From IMG/VR virus record IMGVR_UViG_3300031133_000402: a DNA stretch of 64,000 nucleotides; one strand, 5' to 3'. This stretch comes from an uncultured virus (IMG/VR IMGVR_UViG_3300031133_000402) (Duplodnaviria > Heunggongvirae > Uroviricota > Caudoviricetes). Shown here piece after piece: positions 8,154-18,138 of the stretch. The position numbers and the translations under genes were made by a program. Each line of letters begins with the position of its first letter. The stretch's first letter is position 1. The notes beneath the pieces were generated by a model that did not search any database, was not told the origin of the DNA, and was given only the letters and a program-made list of their open reading frames with translations.

Positions 8154-8681
8154 TCAACTCCGCACGAGACTGTCGTGCAGCGCCCGCGTCTCCGGCGACA
8201 GCATGTCCCTGAACACGAACGGCACCGGGCCGCCCTCGGGGATGGCGGCGATCAGGCGATCGCGCGTCGCGCGGTCGGCGTATTCGTAGATGACGGCATC
8301 CGCCACCGTGTCGCGCATCGGATCGCTGTGCCGCACGCGCAGGACGTGGTGGGAGGCGTGCTTGACGCCCAGCCGCTTGTACGTCTCCTCGTCGTCCCAC
8401 GACACGCAGCGCTTGTCTGACGGGTCGACGATCAGGCCGGATCCGTCGTGTCGTTCGGCCCGCAGCGCGGGAATCTCGAACAGGACCCCCAACGGCGCCT
8501 TCTCGGCCACCATCGCCGCCCATGCGGCGCGCACGGACTTGGCCTGACGCGGGTGCTCGGCCTCGTAGTACACGGTGTCGCCCACGCGCGTCGGCGTGAA
8601 CTTGCGTGGAAGGAGGACGGCCGCGGCGACGACGGCGGCGAGCAGGCCGCACACGGCGGTGATGAAGGTGGAGAGATCCAT
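8154..8681 (-). CDS. Hypothetical protein with N-terminal membrane anchor
   Basis: Hydrophobic N-terminus, AAGGA RBS. Confidence 0.75.
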   Translation of the reverse strand: MDLSTFITAVCGLLAAVVAAAVLLPRKFTPTRVGDTVYYEAEHPRQAKSVRAAWAAMVAEKAPLGVLFEIPALRAERHDGSGLIVDPSDKRCVSWDDEETYKRLGVKHASHHVLRVRHSDPMRDTVADAVIYEYADRATRDRLIAAIPEGGPVPFVFRDMLSPETRALHDSLVRS

Positions 8682-8726
8682 GCGTGATCCTTCTGAGGGC
8701 GTGGTGGAGGGGGTGATCGAGAAGCC

Positions 8727-8963
8727 TCAGCCCTCGTAGGAGCGCAGCTGCTCCATGGCGTCGGCCGAAAGCGTCTGCGTCGTCTCCTCGCCGGTCAGGA
8801 CGTTCTGCGACACGAGGGTGTGCACGTCGCCGTCGGCATAGACGATCATGGTACGGCTCAGGACCCTGGATGAGGGAATGACGTCGCCGTCGAGCGTGCG
8901 CATGGCGTCGCCGGGCGAGAGGTTCTGGGTGGCGATGATGTGTGCGATGACGGACTTCGGCAT
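8727..8963 (-). CDS. Hypothetical protein
   Basis: GAGG RBS, 78 aa. Confidence 0.7.
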   Translation of the reverse strand: MPKSVIAHIIATQNLSPGDAMRTLDGDVIPSSRVLSRTMIVYADGDVHTLVSQNVLTGEETTQTLSADAMEQLRSYEG

Positions 8964-9008
8964 GATGATTCCTCGAGTGATGTATGTCGGAAGCGGATCC
9001 GGAGGGCT

Positions 9009-9701
9009 TCAGTCGGCCACTGGCGCGTAGTAGGCGATCATGGACGCCCCCATCTTCTCGAGACGGTTGAGCAGCGCGATGCCGTCGTGGTCGGTGCGTG
9101 CGCGTAGCCTGGTCCGCACCGCGTCCAGGTCGGCGTGGAAGCCGTGCTCGTCGAGCTTGGCGTTGAACTCGGCGGTGCCGTAACCGAAGGCCTGGGCGGT
9201 CGCCGGATCGGTCATGTCGACGAAGAGGCCGTCGATGCTGAACGCGCCCACGGCGGCCGTGTCGATCGAATGCACGAGCGCGCCGGACTGCGTGGTGCAG
9301 CCCCGCAGATCGTAGGCGCCGTCGACGGGTCGGATCTCGCCGCCGCGTTCGAATTCGAGCACCACGATCTCGTTCAGGTGCGAGGCGTACCGGTATGCTC
9401 GACGCTGCGCCATCTCGACGTCGACGAGGACGAGGTTCTCGAATGCGACCATGCTGTCCGATCCGACGGCGAAGCTGCGCCCGGGGCAGCCTGCGTCGTC
9501 GAGGCCCATCGGCAGGACGATCAGGGCCATGCCCTCGAATTCGGCGATGCGGGGTCCGTCGCCTGCCGGCAGGCAGATCTCGTTCATGCGGTCGGCGTCT
9601 ACGCGGGGATCGCCGACGGATCCGCTCCAGTCCTGCGCGATCAGCGCGTAGCGACCGGGAGCGACGCGGAAGCCGTCCGGGATGGTCGTGAATGCGGTCA
9701 T
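9009..9701 (-). CDS. Hypothetical protein
   Basis: GGAGAAAAGAC RBS, 230 aa. Confidence 0.8.
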   Translation of the reverse strand: MTAFTTIPDGFRVAPGRYALIAQDWSGSVGDPRVDADRMNEICLPAGDGPRIAEFEGMALIVLPMGLDDAGCPGRSFAVGSDSMVAFENLVLVDVEMAQRRAYRYASHLNEIVVLEFERGGEIRPVDGAYDLRGCTTQSGALVHSIDTAAVGAFSIDGLFVDMTDPATAQAFGYGTAEFNAKLDEHGFHADLDAVRTRLRARTDHDGIALLNRLEKMGASMIAYYAPVAD

Positions 9702-9765
9702 GTCTTTTCTCCAACGGGAGGTGGTTCGGTCACGGCCTCCAGGAAGGTCACGAAAAACGGTACCC

Positions 9766-10050
9766 TCAGCCGAGGGCTGCGGGAAGCGCGGAGGCGATCC
9801 CGGTGCTGCGCATGCTGAGCGCGAGCGAACGCGACAGTAGGCGGCGATCCGTTCTCGAGATCGGCGACCACGGGTCGTTCGACGGAGCGCGCGGAGCGAG
9901 CAGCGCTTGGTCGATAGCGCGGCTCTCGCGGGCGATGCCGAGGCGGATGAAGGCGAGGACGCCCATGACGATCAGGCGCGGAGCCTGGAGCAGGGCGGAG
10001 ATGGCGACGATCGCGCCGAGGGCGGCGATGCAGAAGTGTAGGCCGGACAT
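9766..10050 (-). CDS. Small membrane protein
   Basis: Hydrophobic N-terminal segments. Confidence 0.55.
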   Translation of the reverse strand: MSGLHFCIAALGAIVAISALLQAPRLIVMGVLAFIRLGIARESRAIDQALLAPRAPSNDPWSPISRTDRRLLSRSLALSMRSTGIASALPAALG

Positions 10051-10163
10051 TTCTTGGATTCTTTCAACTTCACTTTTCCCCGTACCCCGAGGATCACGCC
10101 TCCCTTCCTCCCGTTCTGATCTTCACATGTGCGACGGGCGGGCACGAAGCCCGCCCGCGCGCG

Positions 10164-10523
10164 TCAGTCCTCTCCGAAGCCCGTGGTCATGAGCGCGCGC
10201 TGGCCGAAGGCGAGACCGGCGGCGTAGATGACGGCCGGCACGGCGATCAGGATGACCGCGAGCACGGCCGCCAGCGGGCGCGCCAGGTGCAGGGCGGCGT
10301 CGAGCATGTTGGCGAGGTGCGTGACGAAGCCCATGCCGGGCGCCATGACGATGCCGATCGTGAACGCGATGGCGACGATCGCCAGGGCGACGAAGGCCCA
10401 GATCGGCATGATCCTGGCCATCAGGCCGAAGTACATACCGGCCATGGCGACGCCCGAGGCGTGGCCGCGTCCGGGCAGGCCGGCGTCGGGATCGGTGGCG
10501 TCGATTACGGCGAACGTGGTCAT
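10164..10523 (-). CDS. Membrane protein
   Basis: Multiple TM-like segments; GGGAAGAC RBS. Confidence 0.7.
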   Translation of the reverse strand: MTTFAVIDATDPDAGLPGRGHASGVAMAGMYFGLMARIMPIWAFVALAIVAIAFTIGIVMAPGMGFVTHLANMLDAALHLARPLAAVLAVILIAVPAVIYAAGLAFGQRALMTTGFGED

Positions 10524-10581
10524 GTCTTCCCTTTCGATTGTCGGATCCGGCATGTCGCCGGTTGGTTGTGCCCGCCTCTGG

Positions 10582-10920
10582 TCAGTTGATGTCGGGCGAC
10601 GGCAGCAGGGTGTCGGCCTTGAAGATCAGGCCGGCGACGTAGATGATCGTGGGGACGGTGCCGAACGTCAGCATGATCGCGCCGAGGGCCAGGCCCAGGT
10701 TGTCCGGCGTGGCGATCTCTTCGATCCGCAGCTGGAAGGAGCCGTGGGCGCCGGTCGCCAGCAGGACGCCGAGGTCGATGGTCTGCAGCACCGCCGTCAT
10801 GCCGAGGATGACGAACAGCGCGATGCCGAGGCCCTGGACGACGTTCGCGTAGTACGATCCGACCAGGCGCCGGGCGAGTGGGCGTCCGGCGGGCATCTGC
10901 AGCGTCGATTGATCCGTCAT
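10582..10920 (-). CDS. Membrane protein with 2 TM segments
   Basis: GGGGAAAAAAAAGAC RBS; hydrophobic helices. Confidence 0.75.
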   Translation of the reverse strand: MTDQSTLQMPAGRPLARRLVGSYYANVVQGLGIALFVILGMTAVLQTIDLGVLLATGAHGSFQLRIEEIATPDNLGLALGAIMLTFGTVPTIIYVAGLIFKADTLLPSPDIN

Positions 10921-11008
10921 GTCTTTTTTTTCCCTTTGATCGCAAGTTCCGCATCACGCGGCATTCCGGGGGATGCGCGTCCCCGTCCTTGGGCGGGGAC
11001 GCGCCACC

Positions 11009-11557
11009 TCAGCGCCAGTGGGTGCGTCGGCTTTCCTTCCAGCAGCAGCGCTTGTCGCGCCACGGCACGTCGTCGCTCACCTGCGGAAGCAGGTGGCTGC
11101 GGGTGCGTCCCACGCGCATGTGGGCGACGCCCCAGTCGTCGAGGTCGGCGGCGAGGCCGGCCTCGGCCGCGCGCATCGAGGTGTTGATGCGGAAGGCGCG
11201 GAAGCCGCGCCCGTAGCGGCGGCGCTTGCCGCTGCCGGGGATCGGCAGACCGCGTTCGCTTGCCTCCTGCGCGAGGCGCAGGCGGCGTCCGTACCAGCCG
11301 ACGCCGCGATCGAAGTCGGGCAGTTCGGCGGAGTGGACCACGCGTCCCGCGTCGTCGCGGATGATCCAGTCGGAACGCTCGGTGCGCACCTCGTGGATGG
11401 GCAGGCCGCCGCGGAAGCCCACGAAGACCCGGTAGCTGTGGACGTGGGAGGGCTGGGCGCGGAGGCGCCGGAGCGCGCGTGCCTCGTCCTCGGTGTACGC
11501 CAGGGTGGTTTCGCCGTCGCCGTGGATGGCGATGAGCGGGTAGGTGAGTTCGTCCAT
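11009..11557 (-). CDS. Hypothetical protein
   Basis: AAGGA RBS; basic C-terminus WKESRRTHWR. Confidence 0.75.
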   Translation of the reverse strand: MDELTYPLIAIHGDGETTLAYTEDEARALRRLRAQPSHVHSYRVFVGFRGGLPIHEVRTERSDWIIRDDAGRVVHSAELPDFDRGVGWYGRRLRLAQEASERGLPIPGSGKRRRYGRGFRAFRINTSMRAAEAGLAADLDDWGVAHMRVGRTRSHLLPQVSDDVPWRDKRCCWKESRRTHWR

Positions 11558-11687
11558 GTGTCTGGTTCCTTGTAGTTGAACTACAAGGCGTCGAGCGGTG
11601 CCATGCTGCCTCCTGTTTTCGTGTCGTTACGAAGCTTAACCAATGGTGTTCCCACGTGCAATCGCACCGCTGCGATGCGAGGGAGGC

Positions 11688-12545
11688 CTAGCCGCGCGGC
11701 ACGAACCAGCGCGCCATCTCCTCCCTGATCTTCGGACGCACCTCGTCGAAGCGCGCGAACGGTTCGGTCTCGTTCATGAGGCGCCGCAGAATGGCGGCGA
11801 GCGTCGCCGCGGCGTCGAGCACTAGGACCACCTCGGTCGGCAGATTGATGAATTCCTCCTTGTCGCCGGCGACCATCGGAATGCTCGCCGAGATCTCCGC
11901 GATGCGTTCCGCGGTGAGCAGATCCAGCACCTTGGCCACCGAGGACGTGTGGACGGGCAGGTCCCGGTTGATCAGGCCTTCGACCCTGATCGCGTCCATT
12001 GCGTTCATGAACGCCGTCGCGCCGATGCAGACCGAGTCGTATGCCGGACGGTCGCCGCGCAGACGCACGAGATCCGGCAGCAGCATGAGCGCCTCGCGCA
12101 TGTAGCGCGCCGTGGCCGGGCCGTCGAGCATTTCGTCGCCCACGCGCGCGATGTGCACGATGTGCGCGATCTTCGCCTTCTCGAGCGTTTCCTGCGGAAC
12201 GTCGCGGACGGCCTCCTCGACCATCATCGACAGGATCGTCGCCTCCTTGACGGAAGGCGCGATGTGGATGGGACGGGGTTTGTCGTCCTGCGGCGGCGCG
12301 CCCCAAAAGGTCTCGACGGACACGACGTCGTCGAGCAGCACCTTCTTGCGGGTGACCGTGCCGAAGTCCTCGCGGTAGACGACGGCGTCGACGTCGCCGA
12401 CGACGATGTGCGATCCGCCGACGACGACTTCGCCGGTGCAGCGGACGTCGATGAACGTCCCGCCTTCGTTCTGCACGCTGCTCACCGCGTCTAGCAGGAG
12501 CCACGTGATGAGGCGGCGGCGGTCCTGGATCTGCTGGTCGTTCAT
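11688..12545 (-). CDS. Hypothetical protein
   Basis: 285 aa, GAGG RBS. Confidence 0.8.
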   Translation of the reverse strand: MNDQQIQDRRRLITWLLLDAVSSVQNEGGTFIDVRCTGEVVVGGSHIVVGDVDAVVYREDFGTVTRKKVLLDDVVSVETFWGAPPQDDKPRPIHIAPSVKEATILSMMVEEAVRDVPQETLEKAKIAHIVHIARVGDEMLDGPATARYMREALMLLPDLVRLRGDRPAYDSVCIGATAFMNAMDAIRVEGLINRDLPVHTSSVAKVLDLLTAERIAEISASIPMVAGDKEEFINLPTEVVLVLDAAATLAAILRRLMNETEPFARFDEVRPKIREEMARWFVPRG

Positions 12546-12635
12546 GGAGCTGTGCCTCTTTCTGGGTGAAGGATGTCGTCCGACCGGAAAGGGGATTTTC
12601 CCCTCTCTCGCGATCTTCGCTCCTTCGAAGACCGC

Positions 12636-13751
12636 CTATTCGTCGTGGAGGCAGTAGAGGCGACCGTCGCGCACGACGTATGCCTGGATGTCCTCCTGGT
12701 CGACCACGCGCCGTTCCAGCAGGGAGACGAACACCTCGGAACTGCAGACCACGGTCTCGCCCTCGTCGTCGAGAATCCCTTTGGCGCAGTGTGCCTCGTC
12801 GTGGCACGCGTTGCCGATGACCTCGGCGCACATCTCGCCGGTGGAATAGTCGACGCCGCCGTCCTTCACCGCCTCGCCGTCCGGACCGACGCCGAACCGC
12901 GCGCCCGGATTGGCCCGCACGATGAGGCTCCAGATCCGGGCGCCCGCCACGTCGTTGGCGCGCGCGTAGGCGATGAGGTTGTCGATCACCACCGAGGGTG
13001 CGTATTCGGTGAGCGGATGATCCTCGGGATCGTCGTGCGCGGCGAAGTCGAACGGCACGGGCGTCACGCCGGCGCGCAGCGTCTCGTCGGTCGCGAGCGG
13101 CGTCGACGTGGGGTCGGCGGCGATCTCGTACGCCATCGGGAAGCCGACCCCGCTGATCGACGCCTGCTCCGAGGCGATGGCCGCCGCGAGGAGCGCGTCC
13201 GCCTCCAGGACGACGGCCACGTTGTAGCATTCGTGTCCGTAGGCGCCGTGCTGGCGGATCTCCCAGGGGCCCTCGGCGGCGCGCATGGTTTCGACGACGT
13301 CGTCGAGCGCCCGGCGTCCGACCAGGACGCAAAGCCGCATCGGCGTGATCACCCGGCCGGAGTCGGCGACGTGGGTGAGCGGCATCAGGCCGCGCGCGTC
13401 GAGATCGTCGAACCACGACTTGAAGGCGGCATCGTTCCCTTCGAAGAAGCGGTGACGCACGTCGGTGCCCTCTCCGCCGATCAGGATCTGCCAGTCGTCG
13501 GTGCGGGCGACCCAGAAGGGCGAAACGAAGCCATCGATGCCCGTTGAACCGATCACCAGCCGGGCGCCGTGCGATTCGCCGCGAAGCGCCGTGCCCACGG
13601 GATCGAAGTGCGAGGGGATGCCCGTCCTGGTCGCCAGGCCGATCGCGCGCCTGTGCGACTCGATCCAGGCGGAGAGGCGGTAGCTCGTCTCGTAGTCGGG
13701 CTTCGGACCCTCGTGGTCCAGCATGTCGAGCGTCAGGGGCGAGAGCGTCAT
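12636..13751 (-). CDS. Hypothetical protein
   Basis: 371 aa, AAGGA RBS. Confidence 0.8.
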   Translation of the reverse strand: MTLSPLTLDMLDHEGPKPDYETSYRLSAWIESHRRAIGLATRTGIPSHFDPVGTALRGESHGARLVIGSTGIDGFVSPFWVARTDDWQILIGGEGTDVRHRFFEGNDAAFKSWFDDLDARGLMPLTHVADSGRVITPMRLCVLVGRRALDDVVETMRAAEGPWEIRQHGAYGHECYNVAVVLEADALLAAAIASEQASISGVGFPMAYEIAADPTSTPLATDETLRAGVTPVPFDFAAHDDPEDHPLTEYAPSVVIDNLIAYARANDVAGARIWSLIVRANPGARFGVGPDGEAVKDGGVDYSTGEMCAEVIGNACHDEAHCAKGILDDEGETVVCSSEVFVSLLERRVVDQEDIQAYVVRDGRLYCLHDE

Positions 13752-13774
13752 GGAGCTTCCTTACGGGATGGTGG

Positions 13775-14056
13775 TCAGAGGTTGCCGCGCGAGACGAACC
13801 GCGCGCCGACCGTCCTGAGCGCCGCATCGGCCGCCCGCAGCACCGTGACGACGATCGCGAAGGCGCCGAAGAGCGCTAGCATCAGCACCGTCGAGACGAA
13901 CAGGATGCCGGGGACCGTGCCGCCGGTGCGCATCACGTGGAGCGTGAGGTCGGGGAGCATGCCGAGCGCGGCGGCGGTCACGACGAAGGCGAGCGCCATG
14001 ACGCCCGCGATCGCGACGCCGCCCGTCTCGGACGGCAGGGTGCTGGTGTAGGTCAC
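13775..14056 (-). CDS. Small membrane protein
   Basis: GGGAGAAAAGAC-GTG start; two TM helices. Confidence 0.65.
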   Translation of the reverse strand: MTYTSTLPSETGGVAIAGVMALAFVVTAAALGMLPDLTLHVMRTGGTVPGILFVSTVLMLALFGAFAIVVTVLRAADAALRTVGARFVSRGNL

Positions 14057-14079
14057 GTCTTTTCTCCCATGTGGATGCA

Positions 14080-14907
14080 TCACCACCATGTCATCGCCTC
14101 CCGCACCGAGACCGGATCCGGATCGAGCGTCACGACGATCTCCGGCATGCCGATGCGGCTCGCGCCCTGCCTGATCCCCTTGATGACGCGGTCGTCGACG
14201 GCGTCGTCGAGCTTCGCCAGGTCGCCGACCCTTCGTCCGACCAGCGCCTGGAGTGCGGTCTCGGGGATCTCGGCATGCAGCGTGATCTGCACGCCGTCGA
14301 AGAAGACGGGCACGCCTCCCGGGCGGGCCGTCCCGACGTGCATCCTGAAGCCGAGGAAGCTGAGCGTCTCGCCGCCGCGCGTCAGGTCGCCGGCGAACGC
14401 GTTGCCGAAGGCGTGCATGCCGTGACCCGGATGTGCGGAGAATCCGGAGTGCAGCACCCCGACCGCCTCGTCCGCCCGTGCCGCGAGCGAGTCGCGCGCG
14501 ACGAGCGCCAGACTGCGGTCGACGTGGAGATGGCCCACGGGACCGGGTTTGGTGGGCGTGAGCGGTGCGAACACGTCCAGGGGACCGGCGCGCGCCGCAC
14601 GCGCCTTCTGGCAGGCCATCATCGGCTCCATGAAGGCGCGTACGGCCGCGATCTCGTCCGCGAGCGATGCCACCGACGCTTCGATCACTCCGGTGACCAG
14701 GATCGGCAGCCGGTGCAGCGTCGGCGACCAGCCGCTCGCCGCGACCTCGATGCGGCACGAGCCGTCGGCCTCTCGGGGCATCGCCTGCAGGCACGGACGG
14801 TGCGCCGAGGTCGTCACGCCGGGCACGGTCCGCAGGATGACCCGGACGGCTTCCTCGAGCGGATCGCCGGAGGGGCTCTCCATCATTTCGGCGCACGGGT
14901 TCATCAT
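14080..14907 (-). CDS. PET-GR-L paralog family member, long type
   Basis: GWSPTLH, HLHVDRSL, IPETALQALVGRRVGDL...DDRVI. Confidence 0.85.
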   Translation of the reverse strand: MMNPCAEMMESPSGDPLEEAVRVILRTVPGVTTSAHRPCLQAMPREADGSCRIEVAASGWSPTLHRLPILVTGVIEASVASLADEIAAVRAFMEPMMACQKARAARAGPLDVFAPLTPTKPGPVGHLHVDRSLALVARDSLAARADEAVGVLHSGFSAHPGHGMHAFGNAFAGDLTRGGETLSFLGFRMHVGTARPGGVPVFFDGVQITLHAEIPETALQALVGRRVGDLAKLDDAVDDRVIKGIRQGASRIGMPEIVVTLDPDPVSVREAMTWW

Positions 14908-14929
14908 GGCGGCGTCCTCGTGCTGTATG

Positions 14930-15247
14930 TCAGGCTTGGTCGTCGGGACCTGCGGGGAGCGCATCGCGCGGCAGCCAGCCCATCATCGGACCGTCGTGGT
15001 ACGGGGTCGGAGCGCCCTTGCCCAGTTCCTCGATCTCGACCTGCGCGACGTCGTCGCCGAGCACCCAGACGGGTCCGTCGTATTCGGCGGGCGACACCGG
15101 CGTGTCCTCGCTCCAGCCGCCCGGGTGATGCCGTGCCTCGACGACGCCGTGCACGGCGTGCAGCGCGATGATCTGTCGGCCGTCGCGCGGTGCGTCGGCC
15201 ATGGCGTTCCAGCCCTTTGGCGTATCCATGTTCATGTCCTTCGTCAT
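14930..15247 (-). CDS. Phage DUF551-like small protein
   Basis: W..MADAPRDGRQII...GWLP motif. Confidence 0.6.
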   Translation of the reverse strand: MTKDMNMDTPKGWNAMADAPRDGRQIIALHAVHGVVEARHHPGGWSEDTPVSPAEYDGPVWVLGDDVAQVEIEELGKGAPTPYHDGPMMGWLPRDALPAGPDDQA

Positions 15248-15567
15248 AGTTCGACCGGCTGGCACATGCGTTCGATCTCCTCGCGCAGCGCGGCGGCCAC
15301 GGCGTCGACCGACAGGCGATTCTGCTTGAGCGTCAGCGCCCTGGTCGTCAGCTTGTTGAGCTTGCGCGCCAGGCCATCCGGCGTCAGCGCCCATTGCCGA
15401 CGTGCCGGCGTGCCCTTGGGCAGGGGATCGACGGGCAGGCCCGTCACGCGCCTGATCTCGGCCCGCAGCGTCGCCGCCATGGCCTCGCTCCTCATGCCCA
15501 GCGACTCGTGCGCGCTCGCCTCGTCGGTCAGCGCCTCGAGCTCCATCGAGAGATCGTCGATCGTCAT
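15244..15567 (-). CDS. Hypothetical protein
   Basis: ATGA coupling to the upstream gene; MTIDDLSMELE. Confidence 0.7.
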   Translation of the reverse strand: MTIDDLSMELEALTDEASAHESLGMRSEAMAATLRAEIRRVTGLPVDPLPKGTPARRQWALTPDGLARKLNKLTTRALTLKQNRLSVDAVAAALREEIERMCQPVEL

Positions 15568-16526
15568 GCGTCGTCCTTCCTCATCCATTGTCCAGGCACG
15601 GCGTTCGCGATGCCGGCGAGCTTCTCCAAGGCTTCTCCTACCACCATGTCCTGATAGTCGGACAGCGGCACGAGGACGGGTTCCAGCGTGATGGACGGAC
15701 CGGCGGACGCTCCCGTGCGGACCTGCCTGACGATGCGGCCGTCCAGCATGGGATGGATCGAGACGAGATCGCGCAGAGGTCGTCCCGACATCGCCCTGGC
15801 CAGCGTCTCGGGCAGCTCGAAGGGGTCGAGCGCGAGCGTGCCGCCGTGCAGGATGCCCTGGCACGACGTCGCCCCGGAGCCGGGCGTCCTGACGCCCTGC
15901 GACCACTCGGCGACGCGCATCTTCGAGCGTTCCGCGACGGCGAGCGACCCTTTCCGCAGGGTGCCGCCGCCCGCGTACCTGTCCGCCGTGTTGTGGAGCT
16001 GCTGGACGTGGTCGCCGATCTCGCGGATGCGCGTCCAGCACGACGTCATCGTCTCGGCATCGCGCACGCGCCGGGCCTGCTCGGGCGTCCACGCGTGCGA
16101 GCGGACCGAACCGTTCTCGCCCGCGACGACCATCGCGAGCGCGGAGGCGTCGACATGCAGGTGCATGATCGACACGAGACCGGCGCGTCCCGTGGTGAGC
16201 GGGAACGCCGAGGCCGCGGCCCCCGCCAGTTCGAGTCCGGCGGCGGCTCGAGCGCGCTGCCTGTCGAGCACGCCGTCGATCTGTCCCAGGATGTCGTCGA
16301 CCTGGTCCTGGACGTCCGCGGCGGTCGCCAGGCGCACCGGCAGTTCGATGACGATGGAGTGCAGCGACGGCGATCGACCATCGACCACCAGCGTGTAGGC
16401 GATGCGCCCCGACATCGGCACCTGCGGACTGGTCGCCTGGACGTGGGGTCTCAGCGAGCATCCCGGGATGGATCCGACGACGGTCGCCAGGTGGGCCGCG
16501 ACGGCGGCGGGAAGCGGAGGATGCAT
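15564..16526 (-). CDS. PET-GR-L paralog family member, long type
   Basis: RSPSLH, HLHVDASAL, LPETLARAMSGRPLRDLVSIHPMLDGRIV...EP. Confidence 0.85.
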   Translation of the reverse strand: MHPPLPAAVAAHLATVVGSIPGCSLRPHVQATSPQVPMSGRIAYTLVVDGRSPSLHSIVIELPVRLATAADVQDQVDDILGQIDGVLDRQRARAAAGLELAGAAASAFPLTTGRAGLVSIMHLHVDASALAMVVAGENGSVRSHAWTPEQARRVRDAETMTSCWTRIREIGDHVQQLHNTADRYAGGGTLRKGSLAVAERSKMRVAEWSQGVRTPGSGATSCQGILHGGTLALDPFELPETLARAMSGRPLRDLVSIHPMLDGRIVRQVRTGASAGPSITLEPVLVPLSDYQDMVVGEALEKLAGIANAVPGQWMRKDDA

Positions 16527-16560
16527 GGCGTCGTTCCTGTGGTCGGCTGGATGCTGGGCC

Positions 16561-17013
16561 TCAGCGGCTCTTGATGACGGTCTCGCCGTCCGACTGGAAG
16601 CCTCCGCATCGCTGCATCCCGCCCGCGGAGATCACCGGCGTGAGTTCGCCGGACTCGTCGCCGTCGGCCCAGAACCATTCGCAGCGCGTGCCCTTGTCGA
16701 GCAGACGGTACACGTAGCCGCCCGGAACGTCCGCGACCGACGCCACCGAGAAGTCGTGCCGCTGCGCGGTGCCGCACACCGGGATCTGGCGGCCCATGGT
16801 GCGTGGTCGCAGCGAGTAGGCGCTCTCGCCGTCGACCAGCAGATAGTCGCACCGCGTGGTGCGGTCGCGCAGCACCGAGATGGTCAGGAACGTGGCGAGC
16901 TTGGTCTTCTGGACGAGCTCCAGCGCATCCTGGGGCGGCTCCTCGCCGGATTCCGTCTTGGGCGTGCAGCCGACGGCGAAGAGCATGGCGAAGGCGATGG
17001 CGGCGATGCGCAT
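16561..17013 (-). CDS. Putative lipoprotein with internal duplication
   Basis: Lipobox FAVGC; repeated (R/L)DxxTRC(D/E)(Y/W) unit. Confidence 0.7.
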   Translation of the reverse strand: MRIAAIAFAMLFAVGCTPKTESGEEPPQDALELVQKTKLATFLTISVLRDRTTRCDYLLVDGESAYSLRPRTMGRQIPVCGTAQRHDFSVASVADVPGGYVYRLLDKGTRCEWFWADGDESGELTPVISAGGMQRCGGFQSDGETVIKSR

Positions 17014-17054
17014 GATGGTTTCTCCGGGTGTGGTGGACGAGGTGGGTGCGATGG

Positions 17055-17474
17055 TCAGACGGCCTGCGCGGTTCCGGCGCCCCTGGCCGCCTTGGCGAGC
17101 GCCTCGGGCGTCTCGCGCACGCCTTCGATCAGCCCCAGCGTGAACATCAGCAGGGGAACCGCGACCAGCAGGCAGCCGGCGATGCCGGCGAAGAGGGCCA
17201 GCGTCACGCGCGTCGTCAGATCGGACATGTCGAGGAGGAAGCCGAAGTCGATCGGCCCCACGATTAGGTGCCATGCGATCACGAAGGGGCTGAAGACGAG
17301 CGCGAGCGTGGCGAACCCCTGCAGGAGCCCGAAACCGGTCCCCAGGATCGCGCGGTAGCAGCTTCGCATCAGGGTCAGACCGGCCTCGACGCCGGGCGGC
17401 GTGACCTGCACGTATTCGGGATCGGCGCCCTTGATCACGGGAAGCGGTTCGCCGGGTTTCGAATTGTCCATCAT
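17055..17474 (-). CDS. Membrane protein
   Basis: TM segments, GAGG RBS. Confidence 0.7.
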   Translation of the reverse strand: MMDNSKPGEPLPVIKGADPEYVQVTPPGVEAGLTLMRSCYRAILGTGFGLLQGFATLALVFSPFVIAWHLIVGPIDFGFLLDMSDLTTRVTLALFAGIAGCLLVAVPLLMFTLGLIEGVRETPEALAKAARGAGTAQAV

Positions 17475-17551
17475 GCCTGATTTTCCTCAATGGTACGGGT
17501 TTCGAAGAGGCCCAACCGGATGGCACGGCCGAGGGCCGTGGCCGACAGGCT

Positions 17552-18130
17552 TCAGAATGGAAGGATCGAGGGGTTCCGCGCCACGAACCCGATGGTGCGC
17601 ACGCCGTCCGGAAACGGCACGTGCATCGTGATCGCGTCGTCCCGCATGGCGCGCTGCGTGTTCGAGAACGGCGTCATCTGCACGTCCACCCGGCGCGAGG
17701 CGCCGGCTTCGATGTCGATCGACCCCGTCATCGCGCCGTCCGTCCGCCGACGCAGCAGCGTACGCGCATCGTCGTTGTCCGTCCGGGCGTCGGTCAGGTC
17801 GGTGTCCGTGACGTCGGCGGCCGACGCGGGCACGGCGCGACCGGCGGGGCCGGTCATGGCGAGATCCGTCAGGTCGATGCGCACGGGGTCGCGTCCGGCG
17901 TTGGCGTAGGTGAGCATGGCCGACTGCCCGCCCATGTCCGACCAGCGCGCCGTGACCCGCACCGAAACGGTGCGCGAGACGAGCGAGGCCGCACGCCCGT
18001 CCTGATCGTCGGCCGATACGCGCACGGTCGCGGAGGCGACCGGGTCGAGCGGCCCTCCGGAATCCATTCCGCAGGCGGTGAGCAGCAGCACGGCCAGCAA
18101 CGGCGCGGTGATGCGGATGATGGTGGTCAT
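17552..18130 (-). CDS. Putative lipoprotein
   Basis: MTTIIR...LLLTAC lipobox. Confidence 0.75.
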   Translation of the reverse strand: MTTIIRITAPLLAVLLLTACGMDSGGPLDPVASATVRVSADDQDGRAASLVSRTVSVRVTARWSDMGGQSAMLTYANAGRDPVRIDLTDLAMTGPAGRAVPASAADVTDTDLTDARTDNDDARTLLRRRTDGAMTGSIDIEAGASRRVDVQMTPFSNTQRAMRDDAITMHVPFPDGVRTIGFVARNPSILPF

Positions 18131-18138
18131 GACGATGC